IMG/VR virus record: IMGVR_UViG_3300034063_000636
Location: 32,001 to 96,000 of that record
DNA from: a virus
Reading direction: 5' to 3' (one strand)
Length of the DNA stretch: 64,000 nt
Made by a program: the position numbers and the translations under genes. Positions 47,971 to 58,068 of this stretch are shown here, one piece after another. The notes under the pieces were generated by a model, which did no database searches, was not told the DNA's origin, and was given only the letters and a program-made list of their open reading frames with translations. Position 1 is the first letter of the stretch. The number at the start of each line of letters is the position of its first letter.

Positions 47971-49983
47971 ATGTCTGAACCAATTATAAGAATAGCCCAA
48001 GTTGCGAATCTAGAGAATCGTCTAGCATCCGCAGTTGCGAACATTTCTGTTTCTTCAAATGGTGTGTTCTCGACCAATGCAAATGGGTTCAACTTTGTTA
48101 ACACTGCAACAGTTCAAATAACTGTTGCTCCTGGTGCAAACGGTAATGCAAATATTTCTTTTGCATCAAGTGGTGGAACAGTAGTTGTTCGCGATAACTT
48201 TACTGGCGATGGAAATACAGTAAACTTCACACTTTCGACAGAACCAGAAGATCAAACTCATACTCTTGTGTTTGTTGATCTTGTATTCCAGAGTGAAACA
48301 GCATATTCTATTAGTGGAAGTACGCTTACATTCGGAACTGCTCCTGATAATGGCGCGAATGTCGATGTTTACATCTACGGTGGTGGTGTTGGTTCAACAG
48401 TCGTAACATCTGATGTGTTTACTGGAACTGGCGCATGCACTAGTTATCAATTAACACAAACAGCAACAACATCAAGAACGTTTATATATCTCGATGGCGT
48501 TGCTCAGCGTCCAGAATATGATTATCAAGTTAGCGGAACAACGTTGTCATTTAATGTTGCTCCAGCAAACGCAACAGTAATCGAAGCTCGAACACTCAGC
48601 GCATTTGATACTGTTGACATCAACGTTGCACCAGTTTCGTTGTATTCAGACAAATTCACGGGAACTGGTTCTTGCACTCAGTTTACTTTATCTCAAACAG
48701 GCACAACTGATTCGACGTTTGTATTCTTAAACGGTGTTTCACAAAAACCTGGAACTGACTTTACAGTTGGTGGTGTGAGTAATACAACACTTACATTAAC
48801 AAGTCCACCTGCCAATGGGTCTGTTCTTGAAGTTAGAACAGTCGGTGCGTTTAGATTATCTGAAAATCAATCAAGAATTGAATCAGATATCTTTACTGGC
48901 GATGGTAATACTGTATCGTTCACGATGTCAACAGTCAGTACGACTAAAAAGACATTCGCATTTATTGATGGTGTCGCACAAAAGCCTGTAACAGATTATT
49001 CTGTCGGTGGCAATATTATTACATTTACTGAAGCACCACCATCAGGAACATTTATTGAAGTTCGATCAGTTGCTCCGTTTATATTTGCAACCTCTACTGG
49101 TGATCTTGCATACGGTCAAGCCAATCTTGCATACAATACAGCAATTGCGGCGTATAGCCAAGCAAATAATGCAGCTGCTGTTGCTGCGAATGCTGTATTA
49201 AAAGCTGGTGATACGATGACAGGGAACTTAACGTTCTCTGGATCAGGATTAAGAATTTTTGGTGACTTCAGCAATACAACAGTTGCTAATCGATTGATGT
49301 TCCAGACAACATCAGCATCGTCTGCAACACGTGTTGATGCTATACCAACGAGCGGAACAACAACAGCAGAATTTGGTGCATTTAATAATAGTGATCCAAC
49401 TAATGCGAGTCGTGTCACACTTACCGTCACATCAACTGATGCTAGACTCCAATCAACTAATACTGGAACTGGCGATTATCTACCTTTGAACATTTATACT
49501 GGTGGAGTTGCAAGATTACATGTTGATAATATTGGCAACATTGGTATTGGCACAACATCGCCCAACACCAGACTTCATGTAAACGGCACGATAACTCTTG
49601 AAGAAGTTTTAGAAAAGTCTAATATTACTGCAACTGCAATGGGCGCGAATGTCAACTTTGATGTTCTTGATTGCGCAGTGGTTTACTACACAGCAAATAC
49701 AACTGCGAATAGCACATTGAACATTCGTGGAAATACAACAGTCAATCTAAACAGCGTGATGTCAACGAATCAGGCTATGACAATCGCCTTTGCTGTTACA
49801 ACTGGCGCTACTGCACATAGAGTTGCGAATGTTCAAATTGATGGAACATCAATCACACCTAAATGGTCAGGTGGTTCTGCTCCAACAGCATCAGCGAATT
49901 CAATTGATGTGTATTCGTTTACAATTTTTAAAACTGCCTCGGCAACTTATACTGTTCTTGGTTCCAAAACTCAGTTTGCATAA
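47971..49983 (+). CDS. tail fibre with four beta-sandwich repeats and C-terminal adhesin-carrier domain
   Basis: Four copies of D.FTG.G...F.L..F...DGV.Q.P..DY.V.G..LTF..AP..G..EVR; LKAGDTMTG; GNIGIGTTSP; C-terminal PKWSGGSAP..DVYSFTIFKT. Confidence 0.8.
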   Translation: MSEPIIRIAQVANLENRLASAVANISVSSNGVFSTNANGFNFVNTATVQITVAPGANGNANISFASSGGTVVVRDNFTGDGNTVNFTLSTEPEDQTHTLVFVDLVFQSETAYSISGSTLTFGTAPDNGANVDVYIYGGGVGSTVVTSDVFTGTGACTSYQLTQTATTSRTFIYLDGVAQRPEYDYQVSGTTLSFNVAPANATVIEARTLSAFDTVDINVAPVSLYSDKFTGTGSCTQFTLSQTGTTDSTFVFLNGVSQKPGTDFTVGGVSNTTLTLTSPPANGSVLEVRTVGAFRLSENQSRIESDIFTGDGNTVSFTMSTVSTTKKTFAFIDGVAQKPVTDYSVGGNIITFTEAPPSGTFIEVRSVAPFIFATSTGDLAYGQANLAYNTAIAAYSQANNAAAVAANAVLKAGDTMTGNLTFSGSGLRIFGDFSNTTVANRLMFQTTSASSATRVDAIPTSGTTTAEFGAFNNSDPTNASRVTLTVTSTDARLQSTNTGTGDYLPLNIYTGGVARLHVDNIGNIGIGTTSPNTRLHVNGTITLEEVLEKSNITATAMGANVNFDVLDCAVVYYTANTTANSTLNIRGNTTVNLNSVMSTNQAMTIAFAVTTGATAHRVANVQIDGTSITPKWSGGSAPTASANSIDVYSFTIFKTASATYTVLGSKTQFA

Positions 49984-49995
49984 GGTGAATAAACT

Positions 49996-50889
49996 ATGCC
50001 AATGATTGGAACATTTGGTGCTGGATCAATAGGAAGTTATGGAAGGCGTGGTGGACGTGCTGGTCCAGCTCCTGGAACTTTGATTTTAGGTGTTACCAGT
50101 GGGTCATCGTCATTTACAATACCAGTCGGCGTGGCACAAATTAAAGTTTATGGTGCTGCAGGAGGCGGTGGTGGATCAGACTCGAGCCCATCAACTTCTA
50201 ACGGCGGTGCTGGTGGCGGTGGTGGTGAATCGCAAATTGTCGGATATACAATAAACGTCACTCCTGGAGAAACATTAACATATTCTGTTGGTTCAGGTGG
50301 TTCGGGTGGCGTTGATGCTGATGGAAGTGCTGGCGGATCTACGATTATTCAAAGATCTGGCTCAACCATATTCTCGTTGGCTGGTGGTGGCGGCGGTTCT
50401 GTCAGTCAAACTGGTGGCACTGGCGGCACACTAGGATCATTTGGAAGTCATGGTGGTGGTCCAGGTGGATCGGGTGGACCAAGATTTAATCCTGGTGGTT
50501 CAGGCACTTCTGGCGTAGGAGCAAGAGGTGGCGGTGGTGGCGGTGGATTCGGTGACAACTCGCCACCTATTAATGGTGCGGCAGGTGGTTCTGGTGGAAG
50601 TTCTACAGATACGAGCACTTTCCCAGGAAGTCTTGCATTAGGTACTAGCGGTGGTGGTGGCGGACCAGCGCAAAATGATGGAACTAGTGTTCCTGCTGCG
50701 ACTGCTGGTCGTGGTGGAATTTATTTTTACTCAGGTGGCGGTGGTGGTGCTGGCGCAGGGGTTAGATTCCCTGTTGTTTCGTCGCTATACTTTGGAGGCG
50801 GCGGTGGTGGAACTGGCGGTATTGATGGAGGTCTTAACCCATCAGGTGGTGCTGGAGCGCCAGGAATTTTATATGTGGTAGTGGCATAA
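49996..50889 (+). CDS. glycine-rich adhesin (1 domain)
   Basis: SFTIPVGV.QIKV..AAGGGGG..VTPGETLTY.VG.GG..GAGAPG. Confidence 0.75.
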   Translation: MPMIGTFGAGSIGSYGRRGGRAGPAPGTLILGVTSGSSSFTIPVGVAQIKVYGAAGGGGGSDSSPSTSNGGAGGGGGESQIVGYTINVTPGETLTYSVGSGGSGGVDADGSAGGSTIIQRSGSTIFSLAGGGGGSVSQTGGTGGTLGSFGSHGGGPGGSGGPRFNPGGSGTSGVGARGGGGGGGFGDNSPPINGAAGGSGGSSTDTSTFPGSLALGTSGGGGGPAQNDGTSVPAATAGRGGIYFYSGGGGGAGAGVRFPVVSSLYFGGGGGGTGGIDGGLNPSGGAGAPGILYVVVA

Positions 50890-50907
50890 AATAAATAGGA
50901 ATAGAAA

Positions 50908-51117
50908 ATGTCAACAACAGTCGCAACAATAGATGTCGGTGGAACAGGAGCGAATACAGCTGCTGCAGCTCGCGTCAATCTTGGTGTTACAAATTATAAT
51001 TTCGTGAACACTGGAACTGTTCAAGTGACTGTAACGAATACAACAACAGGAAACGCGAATGTTTCCTTTACCGCTGCAGATGCAGGGTTCAATCCATTTT
51101 TATTAGCAGGTATGTAA
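50908..51117 (+). CDS. mini connector peptide (69 aa)
   Basis: GGTGANTAAAARVNLG fibre motif, NFVNTGTVQVTV segment, C-terminal GFNPFLLAGM. Confidence 0.75.
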   Translation: MSTTVATIDVGGTGANTAAAARVNLGVTNYNFVNTGTVQVTVTNTTTGNANVSFTAADAGFNPFLLAGM

Positions 51118-51118
51118 G

Positions 51119-51445
51119 ATGCCAACAAATTATAAAGTATTAGGGCAAGCAGCAGTAACAACAGCGGTAGCAAATGTCTATACTGTCCCTGCTGCAACTC
51201 AAGCAGTTGTTTCAACGGTTGTGATTACAAATAGAACAAGTTCAAATGTAAACTACAGACTCGCAGTTCAACCTGCTGGAGCAGCATTAGCCAATCAGCA
51301 CTACATTGCTTATGATGCAATTGCTGCAGCAAGCGATTCAATTGCTTTGACTTTGGGGCTCACTCTTGGCAACACTGATGTGATTTCAGCAAACGCATCA
51401 GCAAACAGTTTATCAATTAGCATCTTCGGTTCAGAAATCACCTAA
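51119..51445 (+). CDS. adhesin adaptor protein (108 aa)
   Basis: Paralog of 45232..45558. Confidence 0.75.
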   Translation: MPTNYKVLGQAAVTTAVANVYTVPAATQAVVSTVVITNRTSSNVNYRLAVQPAGAALANQHYIAYDAIAAASDSIALTLGLTLGNTDVISANASANSLSISIFGSEIT

Positions 51446-54003
51446 TGGCAACAAAGTCGTTTCTCCTCAACACACTTCGAAGTTCTTCGCGAATACTAAA
51501 TCCGCGAGGGGCAACGCCAGCACCAACTGTTTTTGAAATTGTTGTAGAAACATTTGCCAATACTACTACATGGACTGCACCAGAAGGTGTGACAAGTGTT
51601 GAATATTTGGTTGTTGGTGGCGGTGGAGCTGGTGGTTCTGGACCAGGAGTTGTTGGTCATGGTGGCGGCGGTGCTGGTGGATTCAGAACAGGCACTGGAT
51701 TTGCAGTGACTCCAGGTAACACATATACAGTAACTGTTGGTGCTGGTGGAAGTGGTGGATATAACAGTTCAACTAACGGATCGAGTTCTATATTTTCCAC
51801 CATCACATCTGCTGGCGGCGGTTATGGTGGAAGTTATAATGGAACTCCATCAAATATAAAGGGGGCGGACGGCGGTTCTGGTGGTGGTGCAAATTGGGAC
51901 GGTTCTACAGGAACACCAAATATATTTGGTTTAGGCAATGTCCCTTCTGTAAGTCCGTCGCAAGGAAATAATGGGGGCACATCAAATAATAATTTTCCAG
52001 CATCTCGTGGCGGTGGTGGTGGCGGTGGAGCTGGTGGTGTTGGTGGCAACGCAAGTCCAAGCACAAATATTGCAGGCGCAGGTGGTGACGGTACTACATC
52101 TACAATTTTAGGTTCTAGTGTAACTTATGCTGGTGGTGGAGGAGGCGGTGCTGCTCCTGGAACTGCAGGTCCTGGTGGTTCTGGTGGAGGTGGAACTGGA
52201 AGTACAAATGGCGGTGCAGTAACTGCTGGAACAACAAACACTGGCGGCGGTGGCGGTGGGGGAAGTTCTCCTGGTCCATCAACATCTGGTGCCGTAGTTG
52301 GTGGTGCTGGCGGTTCTGGTATAGTTATTCTTAAATACACAAAATCAAACGCAAACGCTAATGCCAATGTTTGGGTCTTCAGAACATCAACAACTTGGAC
52401 TGCTCCAGCTGGAACAACATTGATTGATTATTTGGTGGTTGGTGGTGGCGGCGGTGGCGGCGGCAATTGGGGAGGCGGCGGTGGCGCAGGTGGATTCCGT
52501 ACTGGAACTGGATATACAGTTACATCAAATACATCTTACACAGTTACAGTGGGCGCTGGTGGATCTGGTGGTAACGGTGGAACATATCCTTCGGCTGGTG
52601 ACGCCAATGCAAGAGGAGCAAACGGCTCTGTATCTATTTTTGCGCTTACATCAAACTCCTCAGCAAATGTCTCATCTTCTGGCGGAGGGGGAGGAGCAAA
52701 TGGCAATAATCCTGGATCACCAGGAGCTCCTGGAAATATTGGTTTAGCAGGTGGTTCTGGTGGTGGATCAGGTTGGAGTAACTCAGGTGCTTCTGGAAAT
52801 GTGCCAGGAACTGCACCATCGCAAGGTAATAATGGGGGAAACGGTGGTCCAGGCGCGCCAAATTATGGTGGCGGCGGTGGCGGTGGTGCTGGTGCAGTTG
52901 GCAGTAATGGAATCTCTACGGCTGGTGGAGCAGGTGGAACAGGAACTGCATCATCATTATCTGGCACCTCAGTAACATACGCTGGCGGCGGTGGTGGAGG
53001 TTCTCAAAACGGCACAAATGGTGCTGGTGGAGCTGGTGGCGGAGGAGCAGGTGCGCCTTCTCCTTCTAGCACAACTACTGCCGCTTCAGGAACAGCAGGA
53101 ACAGGCGGTGGCGGCGGCGGCGGTGGATTTACTCCTGGTCCAAATGTTGGCGGAATAGGTGGTGCTGGTGGTTCAGGTATTGTTATTATTAAAGCAGTTT
53201 CTGGTGCTAACGCAAACGTAGCAACATTTACATCCTCTGGTTCTTGGACTGCACCTACTGGAGCAACGCAAGTCGAATATCTCGTTGTTGCTGGTGGTGG
53301 CGGTGGTGGAGCATGGGTTGGTGGTGGCGGTGGTGCTGGTGGTTTAAGAACAGGAACTAATCTTGCTGTTACTCCTGGACAAACATACACAGTAACTGTT
53401 GGTGGCGGCGGAACTGGTTGGAGTTTAGGTCCAAGTGGCAGTTTAACAACAACAGGTACAGTAGGAAGCAACAGTACATTTAATGCAGTTACTTCTATTG
53501 GCGGAGGATTTGGTGGTGGATACGGACCAAATAATCCTGCTGCGTCATCAGGAGGTTCTGGTGGCGGCGCTGGTGGTGGTGATGGTTATTCTACCACAGG
53601 ATCAGCAGGAACTCCAGGACAAGGAAATAGTGGTGGTAATGGAACAGGTCAGCCGCTGTATTGTGGAGGCGGCGGTGGAGGCGCAGGTGCCGCAGGAAGT
53701 AATGGTGCATCAAACCAAGGTGGCAATGGTGGCGCAGGATTAAGTTCAACCATCACTGGTGCAGCAGTTACATATGCTGGTGGTGGAGGCGGTGGCAACA
53801 ATCCAAATCCAGGAGGCAATGCAGGAGCAGGTGGAACTGGCGGTGGTGGCGCAGGTGCTGCTTCAACACCATCTGGTGCAATTGCAACAGCAGGAACAGC
53901 AGGACTCGGTGGTGGCGGTGGTGGATCAGGTCAAAGCAGTTCACAACCACAATCTATAGGCGGCAATGGTGGCTCTGGAATCGTCATCCTTCGTTGGTCA
54001 TAA
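51445..54003 (+). CDS. glycine-rich adhesin (3 domains)
   Basis: Paralog of 45560..47932 with the same domain junctions (EIVVETFANTTTWTAP, NANVWVFRTST.WTAP, ANVATFTSSG.WTAP). Confidence 0.8.
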   Translation: MATKSFLLNTLRSSSRILNPRGATPAPTVFEIVVETFANTTTWTAPEGVTSVEYLVVGGGGAGGSGPGVVGHGGGGAGGFRTGTGFAVTPGNTYTVTVGAGGSGGYNSSTNGSSSIFSTITSAGGGYGGSYNGTPSNIKGADGGSGGGANWDGSTGTPNIFGLGNVPSVSPSQGNNGGTSNNNFPASRGGGGGGGAGGVGGNASPSTNIAGAGGDGTTSTILGSSVTYAGGGGGGAAPGTAGPGGSGGGGTGSTNGGAVTAGTTNTGGGGGGGSSPGPSTSGAVVGGAGGSGIVILKYTKSNANANANVWVFRTSTTWTAPAGTTLIDYLVVGGGGGGGGNWGGGGGAGGFRTGTGYTVTSNTSYTVTVGAGGSGGNGGTYPSAGDANARGANGSVSIFALTSNSSANVSSSGGGGGANGNNPGSPGAPGNIGLAGGSGGGSGWSNSGASGNVPGTAPSQGNNGGNGGPGAPNYGGGGGGGAGAVGSNGISTAGGAGGTGTASSLSGTSVTYAGGGGGGSQNGTNGAGGAGGGGAGAPSPSSTTTAASGTAGTGGGGGGGGFTPGPNVGGIGGAGGSGIVIIKAVSGANANVATFTSSGSWTAPTGATQVEYLVVAGGGGGGAWVGGGGGAGGLRTGTNLAVTPGQTYTVTVGGGGTGWSLGPSGSLTTTGTVGSNSTFNAVTSIGGGFGGGYGPNNPAASSGGSGGGAGGGDGYSTTGSAGTPGQGNSGGNGTGQPLYCGGGGGGAGAAGSNGASNQGGNGGAGLSSTITGAAVTYAGGGGGGNNPNPGGNAGAGGTGGGGAGAASTPSGAIATAGTAGLGGGGGGSGQSSSQPQSIGGNGGSGIVILRWS

Positions 54004-54027
54004 AATAAATACAAAGAGGTTACATTC

Positions 54028-54195
54028 ATGCCAGTAGTCGTATCAGTAGCACAAGGTGGAACAGGAGCAAATACATCAGCAGCAGCATTGACTGCTCTTG
54101 GTGCTGCGCCAACGGCTGCTTATGTACAGGCAAATAATGCATATGCGCAAGCAAACACAAAAGCATCAATCGGACTCGTCATCGCGTTGTCCTAA
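54028..54195 (+). CDS. mini connector peptide (55 aa)
   Basis: Below the track cutoff: MPVVVSVAQGGTGANTSAAALTALGAAPTAAYVQANNAYAQANTKASIGLVIALS*; SD GAGG upstream. Confidence 0.8.
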   Translation: MPVVVSVAQGGTGANTSAAALTALGAAPTAAYVQANNAYAQANTKASIGLVIALS

Positions 54196-54207
54196 TCGGA
54201 GTCAATA

Positions 54208-54543
54208 ATGGCAGAAACATTTAAATTTGTAAACGCAACGCTAACGACAGCAGCGATTACTTCACAAAACCTTTATACTTCCCCAGCACTTACAACTTCG
54301 ATTGTGTTCATGGGGCAGATTGCAAATAGTGATGGCGCGAATGCTGCAATGTTCTCTGTCACTGCAACTGATGCCAGTGGAGCAAGCACAAAGTATTTGG
54401 CAAGAGACATTCCTGTTCCTGCTGATTCTGCAACGACATTCTTGACTGGCAAACTCGTTCTCGAAGCTGGCGATTATATCTCCGCAAATGCAAATTCTAA
54501 CGCACACATCGATGTTTCACTCAGCATTCTTCAATTGACATGA
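54208..54543 (+). CDS. adhesin adaptor protein, second subtype (111 aa)
   Basis: MAETFK..LYTSP..TTSIV...IAN..IPVPADS..GKLVLEAGD..DVSLSIL. Confidence 0.72.
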   Translation: MAETFKFVNATLTTAAITSQNLYTSPALTTSIVFMGQIANSDGANAAMFSVTATDASGASTKYLARDIPVPADSATTFLTGKLVLEAGDYISANANSNAHIDVSLSILQLT

Positions 54544-57167
54544 GTTATCTTTTCCTTGGTAAACGCAATTTGCTAGGCAGTAATGCTGCAAATACAGCAG
54601 GCATTTGGCGTGCTGAAGATATTACGCAGATGCGATATTATGATTTTATTAGAGGACCAGTCGCCGCACAAGAAATTATTGTTGAAGTATTCGCTAATAC
54701 AACTACGTGGACAGCACCAACAGGTGTAAGCGAAGTCGAATATCTTGTTGTCGGTGGTGGAGGTGGTGGTGGGGCTGGACCTTCATCTGGCTATGGTGGA
54801 GGTGGCGGCGGTGCTGGTGGATTTAGAACAGGCACTGGATATTCTGTAACTCCTGGCGTATCTTATACAGTAACTGTTGGAGCAGGTGGAAATGGCGTTT
54901 CTCCTGCTACTAATGCACTTGGTTCAAATGGATCTTCTTCTGTATTTGGTAATTCTCCAAATGCGATAACATCGGCGGGTGGTGGAGGTGGCGGTGCTGC
55001 TGCATCACCACTACACATAGGATTAAGTGGTGGCTCAGGCGGTGGCGGCGGCGGATCAACCACAAGCAACGGTGGTGTCGGAAATACGCCAAGCACATCT
55101 CCATCGCAAGGAAACAATGGTGGCACAGGAGCTGCTGGTCCATTAGGTGGAGCTGGTGGTGGAGGTGGCGCAGGAGCAGTTGGCAATAATGGATCATCAC
55201 CAGGAGTTGGTGGTAATGGCGGTGCTGGATCCTCCTCTACAATTGCTGGTGCTTCTGTAACTTACGCTGGTGGTGGTGCTGGCGGCGCAACATTTGCTGC
55301 AGGAGCTAGCACTGGTGGTGCTGGTGGTGGTGGAAATTCTGTTCCTAACGGCACAGCCAATAACGGCACTGCAAGTACAGGTGGTGGTGGAGGTGGTGGT
55401 AGCACAAATCCAGGAACAACTTATGCTTCTGGTTCAGGTGGCTCTGGCGTCGTAGTCATCAAATACACAAGACCAAACGCAAATGCTGCTGCCAATGTCT
55501 GGGTCTTCAGAACATCAACAACTTGGACTGCTCCAGCCAATACAACTTTAATCGATTATCTTGTAGTTGGTGGCGGAGCTGGTGGAGGATTTTTAGGTGG
55601 TGGTGGAGGAGCAGGTGGGTTCAGAACTGGATCTGGATACTCAGTTACACCAGCAACATCATATACAATTACAGTGGGTGCTGGTGGTAATGGTGGATTA
55701 TATCCATCATCAACTGCTGCATCAAATGGTAGCGTATCTATTATTGCTCTTACAAGCAATGCATCATCAAACGTGTTTTCTTCTGGTGGCGGCGGTGGAG
55801 GCAGTCACAATTCTCCAGCTGCAGGTTCGCCGAATCTAGGATTTAATGGTGCATCGGGTGGTGGTGGTGGATCATCTGGTGGTTCTGGTCCAGGCGGAAC
55901 AGGAAATATACCTGCTGTAAGTCCATCACAAGGAAATAATGGCGGCAATGCAGCTGGAAATGCACCACCTGGATATGGTGGAGGCGGAGGAGGTGGCGGA
56001 GGAGCATCAGGTAATACTGGAACTAGTTCTGCAGGTGGAAATGGTGGAATTGGCATAGCATCTACGATGTCTGGTGTTTCTACTTTTTATTCTGGTGGCG
56101 GTGGTGGTGGTTCACAGCAAAATACAACACGTGGGGTTGGTGGTGCTGGCGGTGGCGGCGATGGGAATTCTGGAAACCCAGCAACAGTTCCATATGCAGG
56201 AAATAATGCAATAACAAACACTGGCGGTGGTGGCGGTGGCGGTGGATGGAATCCTAACACCTATGGCGCGGGTGGTGCTGGCGGATCTGGAATAGTTATC
56301 ATCAAAGCAATCTCTGGTGCGAATGCAAATCTAGCCACGTTTACTTCTTCAGGTTCATGGACTGCACCAACAGGCGCGACACAGGTTGAATATCTCGTTG
56401 TTGCTGGCGGAGGCGGTGGTGGTTGGTTAAGTGCAGGTGGTGGTGGTGCAGGAGGTCTTCGCGTTGGAAGTGGGTTATCTGTAACTGCAGGTCAAACTTA
56501 TACTGTTACTGTGGGTGCTGGCGGTACTGCAGCAACTGGTTCAACTGGTAGTCCTTATGCAACATCAAGCGGCGGTTCTGGAGGCAACTCAACATTTAGC
56601 ACAATTACATCTAATGGTGGTGGTGGTGGTGGAGCATATAATTCTGCTGGTCCTGCTTATCAAAATGGAGTTGCTGGTGGTTCTGGTGGCGGTGGCGCCA
56701 TAGGTGAACCATCTCTCGGTGGGGTTGGAGGCGCAGGAAATACGCCAGCAACTTCTCCGTCGCAAGGAAATGGTGGCGGAACTGCAAATTATAATTCACC
56801 AGGTGGAACTTATTCTGGTGGTGGTGGAGGAGGTGCAGGTGCAAATGGAACATCTGCAGCAGCTGCAACTGGCGCTGGTTCTGGTGGTTCAGGAGTATCC
56901 TCTACAATCACAGGTATTGCAGTAAATTATGCTGGTGGCGGTGGTGGTGGCTGTCATAATAGTAGCACCAATAACACACTAGGTGGCGTTGGTGGCACTG
57001 GAGGCGGTGGTAATGGCGCAGTTGGTCCAGGATTTGTAAGCACTTCAGCCACAACCAATACAGGTGGCGGTGGTGGAGGTGGTGGCTGGAATCCAGGTGG
57101 ACCTAATTCCAATGGCGCTCAAGGTGGAACTGGTGGCTCAGGTATTGTCATTCTCCGCTGGTCATAA
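54540..57167 (+). CDS. glycine-rich adhesin (3 domains)
   Basis: Paralog of the 790-aa and 852-aa proteins with a different N-terminal 40 aa (AGIWRAED). Confidence 0.8.
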   Translation: MSYLFLGKRNLLGSNAANTAGIWRAEDITQMRYYDFIRGPVAAQEIIVEVFANTTTWTAPTGVSEVEYLVVGGGGGGGAGPSSGYGGGGGGAGGFRTGTGYSVTPGVSYTVTVGAGGNGVSPATNALGSNGSSSVFGNSPNAITSAGGGGGGAAASPLHIGLSGGSGGGGGGSTTSNGGVGNTPSTSPSQGNNGGTGAAGPLGGAGGGGGAGAVGNNGSSPGVGGNGGAGSSSTIAGASVTYAGGGAGGATFAAGASTGGAGGGGNSVPNGTANNGTASTGGGGGGGSTNPGTTYASGSGGSGVVVIKYTRPNANAAANVWVFRTSTTWTAPANTTLIDYLVVGGGAGGGFLGGGGGAGGFRTGSGYSVTPATSYTITVGAGGNGGLYPSSTAASNGSVSIIALTSNASSNVFSSGGGGGGSHNSPAAGSPNLGFNGASGGGGGSSGGSGPGGTGNIPAVSPSQGNNGGNAAGNAPPGYGGGGGGGGGASGNTGTSSAGGNGGIGIASTMSGVSTFYSGGGGGGSQQNTTRGVGGAGGGGDGNSGNPATVPYAGNNAITNTGGGGGGGGWNPNTYGAGGAGGSGIVIIKAISGANANLATFTSSGSWTAPTGATQVEYLVVAGGGGGGWLSAGGGGAGGLRVGSGLSVTAGQTYTVTVGAGGTAATGSTGSPYATSSGGSGGNSTFSTITSNGGGGGGAYNSAGPAYQNGVAGGSGGGGAIGEPSLGGVGGAGNTPATSPSQGNGGGTANYNSPGGTYSGGGGGGAGANGTSAAAATGAGSGGSGVSSTITGIAVNYAGGGGGGCHNSSTNNTLGGVGGTGGGGNGAVGPGFVSTSATTNTGGGGGGGGWNPGGPNSNGAQGGTGGSGIVILRWS

Positions 57168-57203
57168 ATAGTTTCTTTAATATGTAATTGGGAGTATAAT
57201 TGT

Positions 57204-57461
57204 ATGACTGACAAAATTTATCGTATGTATGGAATTAATACTGCAGTTGAACTCTTGCGTCCAGGCGCAAAGTGGGAATGGACTGGTGGCGTAGGTTTCT
57301 CTCGTTGGGAAGATCCAAGACCAGTTCCTACAAAAGAAGAAGTCGAAGAGACAATGGAAAAGATCAAAGCATTTGAAGATTCCATTAATACAGTATGGAC
57401 CGAGGAACAAATCAAAGAGATCCGCGGATATGAACAACAAATACAGGATGCTACAACTTGA
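57204..57461 (+). CDS. small fibre-associated protein (XkdW-like)
   Basis: GINTAVELLRPGAKWE..W.DPRP.PT.EE; SD GGGAG. Confidence 0.55.
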   Translation: MTDKIYRMYGINTAVELLRPGAKWEWTGGVGFSRWEDPRPVPTKEEVEETMEKIKAFEDSINTVWTEEQIKEIRGYEQQIQDATT

Positions 57462-58066
57462 ATATTTTTACATTATTTCCAACAGCAGTCGGTAAGTTTC
57501 AATTAGATAGAGAATTAACAAAGCAAGAATTAAAGTTTATTGCTGATGCAGAACGTCGTCCAAATATGGGCAATCAAACAAGCGTAAACAATTACGTCTT
57601 GAAAGAAAAGCCTTTAAAGAAACTTGGCGATTTTCTACTTGAGTCAGCAAATAAATACTTGACTGAGATATACAAACCAAGAGATGATGTGAAACTATAT
57701 ATCACTCAATCTTGGTTGAATTATACTGAGAAAGGCGGCTATCATCACAAGCATGCACATCCGAATAGTTTTGTTTCTGGTGTGTTTTATGTAAATGCTG
57801 ATGTCACCAAAGATAAGATCTTTTTTTATGGTAATGAGCAGTACAAACAAATTAAGTTAGATCCAATCGAATTTAATTTGTATAATTCTGAATCATGGTG
57901 GTTAGAGGTAGGTGTGGGAGTATTATATCTTTTCCCATCTTCTTTGACTCACATGGTTGAGACTGTTCAGCATGAGGAAACGAGGATTAGTTTATCCTTC
58001 AATACTTTTTTGAAGGGAACTATTGGTAGTAATCACAATTTAACAGAGTTATTGATAGAGGAATAA
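57458..58066 (+). CDS. putative 2OG-Fe(II) oxygenase (TIGR02466-like)
   Basis: LFPT..ITQSWLN..HHKHAHPNSFVSGVFYV..LFPS.L.H.V..RISLSFN; TTG start overlapping the upstream TGA. Confidence 0.8.
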   Translation: MNIFTLFPTAVGKFQLDRELTKQELKFIADAERRPNMGNQTSVNNYVLKEKPLKKLGDFLLESANKYLTEIYKPRDDVKLYITQSWLNYTEKGGYHHKHAHPNSFVSGVFYVNADVTKDKIFFYGNEQYKQIKLDPIEFNLYNSESWWLEVGVGVLYLFPSSLTHMVETVQHEETRISLSFNTFLKGTIGSNHNLTELLIEE

Positions 58067-58068
58067 AA

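Noticed and set aside
43373-57167. Collagen-like, PE-PGRS or ice-nucleation proteins
   Set aside because: No sustained Gly-X-Y period, PE domain or AGYGST octapeptide; poly-Gly runs in a beta-sandwich frame fit gp38-like adhesins better
57195-57200. TATAAT as a sigma70 -10 element
   Set aside because: It is only 3 nt from the ATG, has a poor -35, and sits in the SD spacer; a late promoter at 57163 explains transcription
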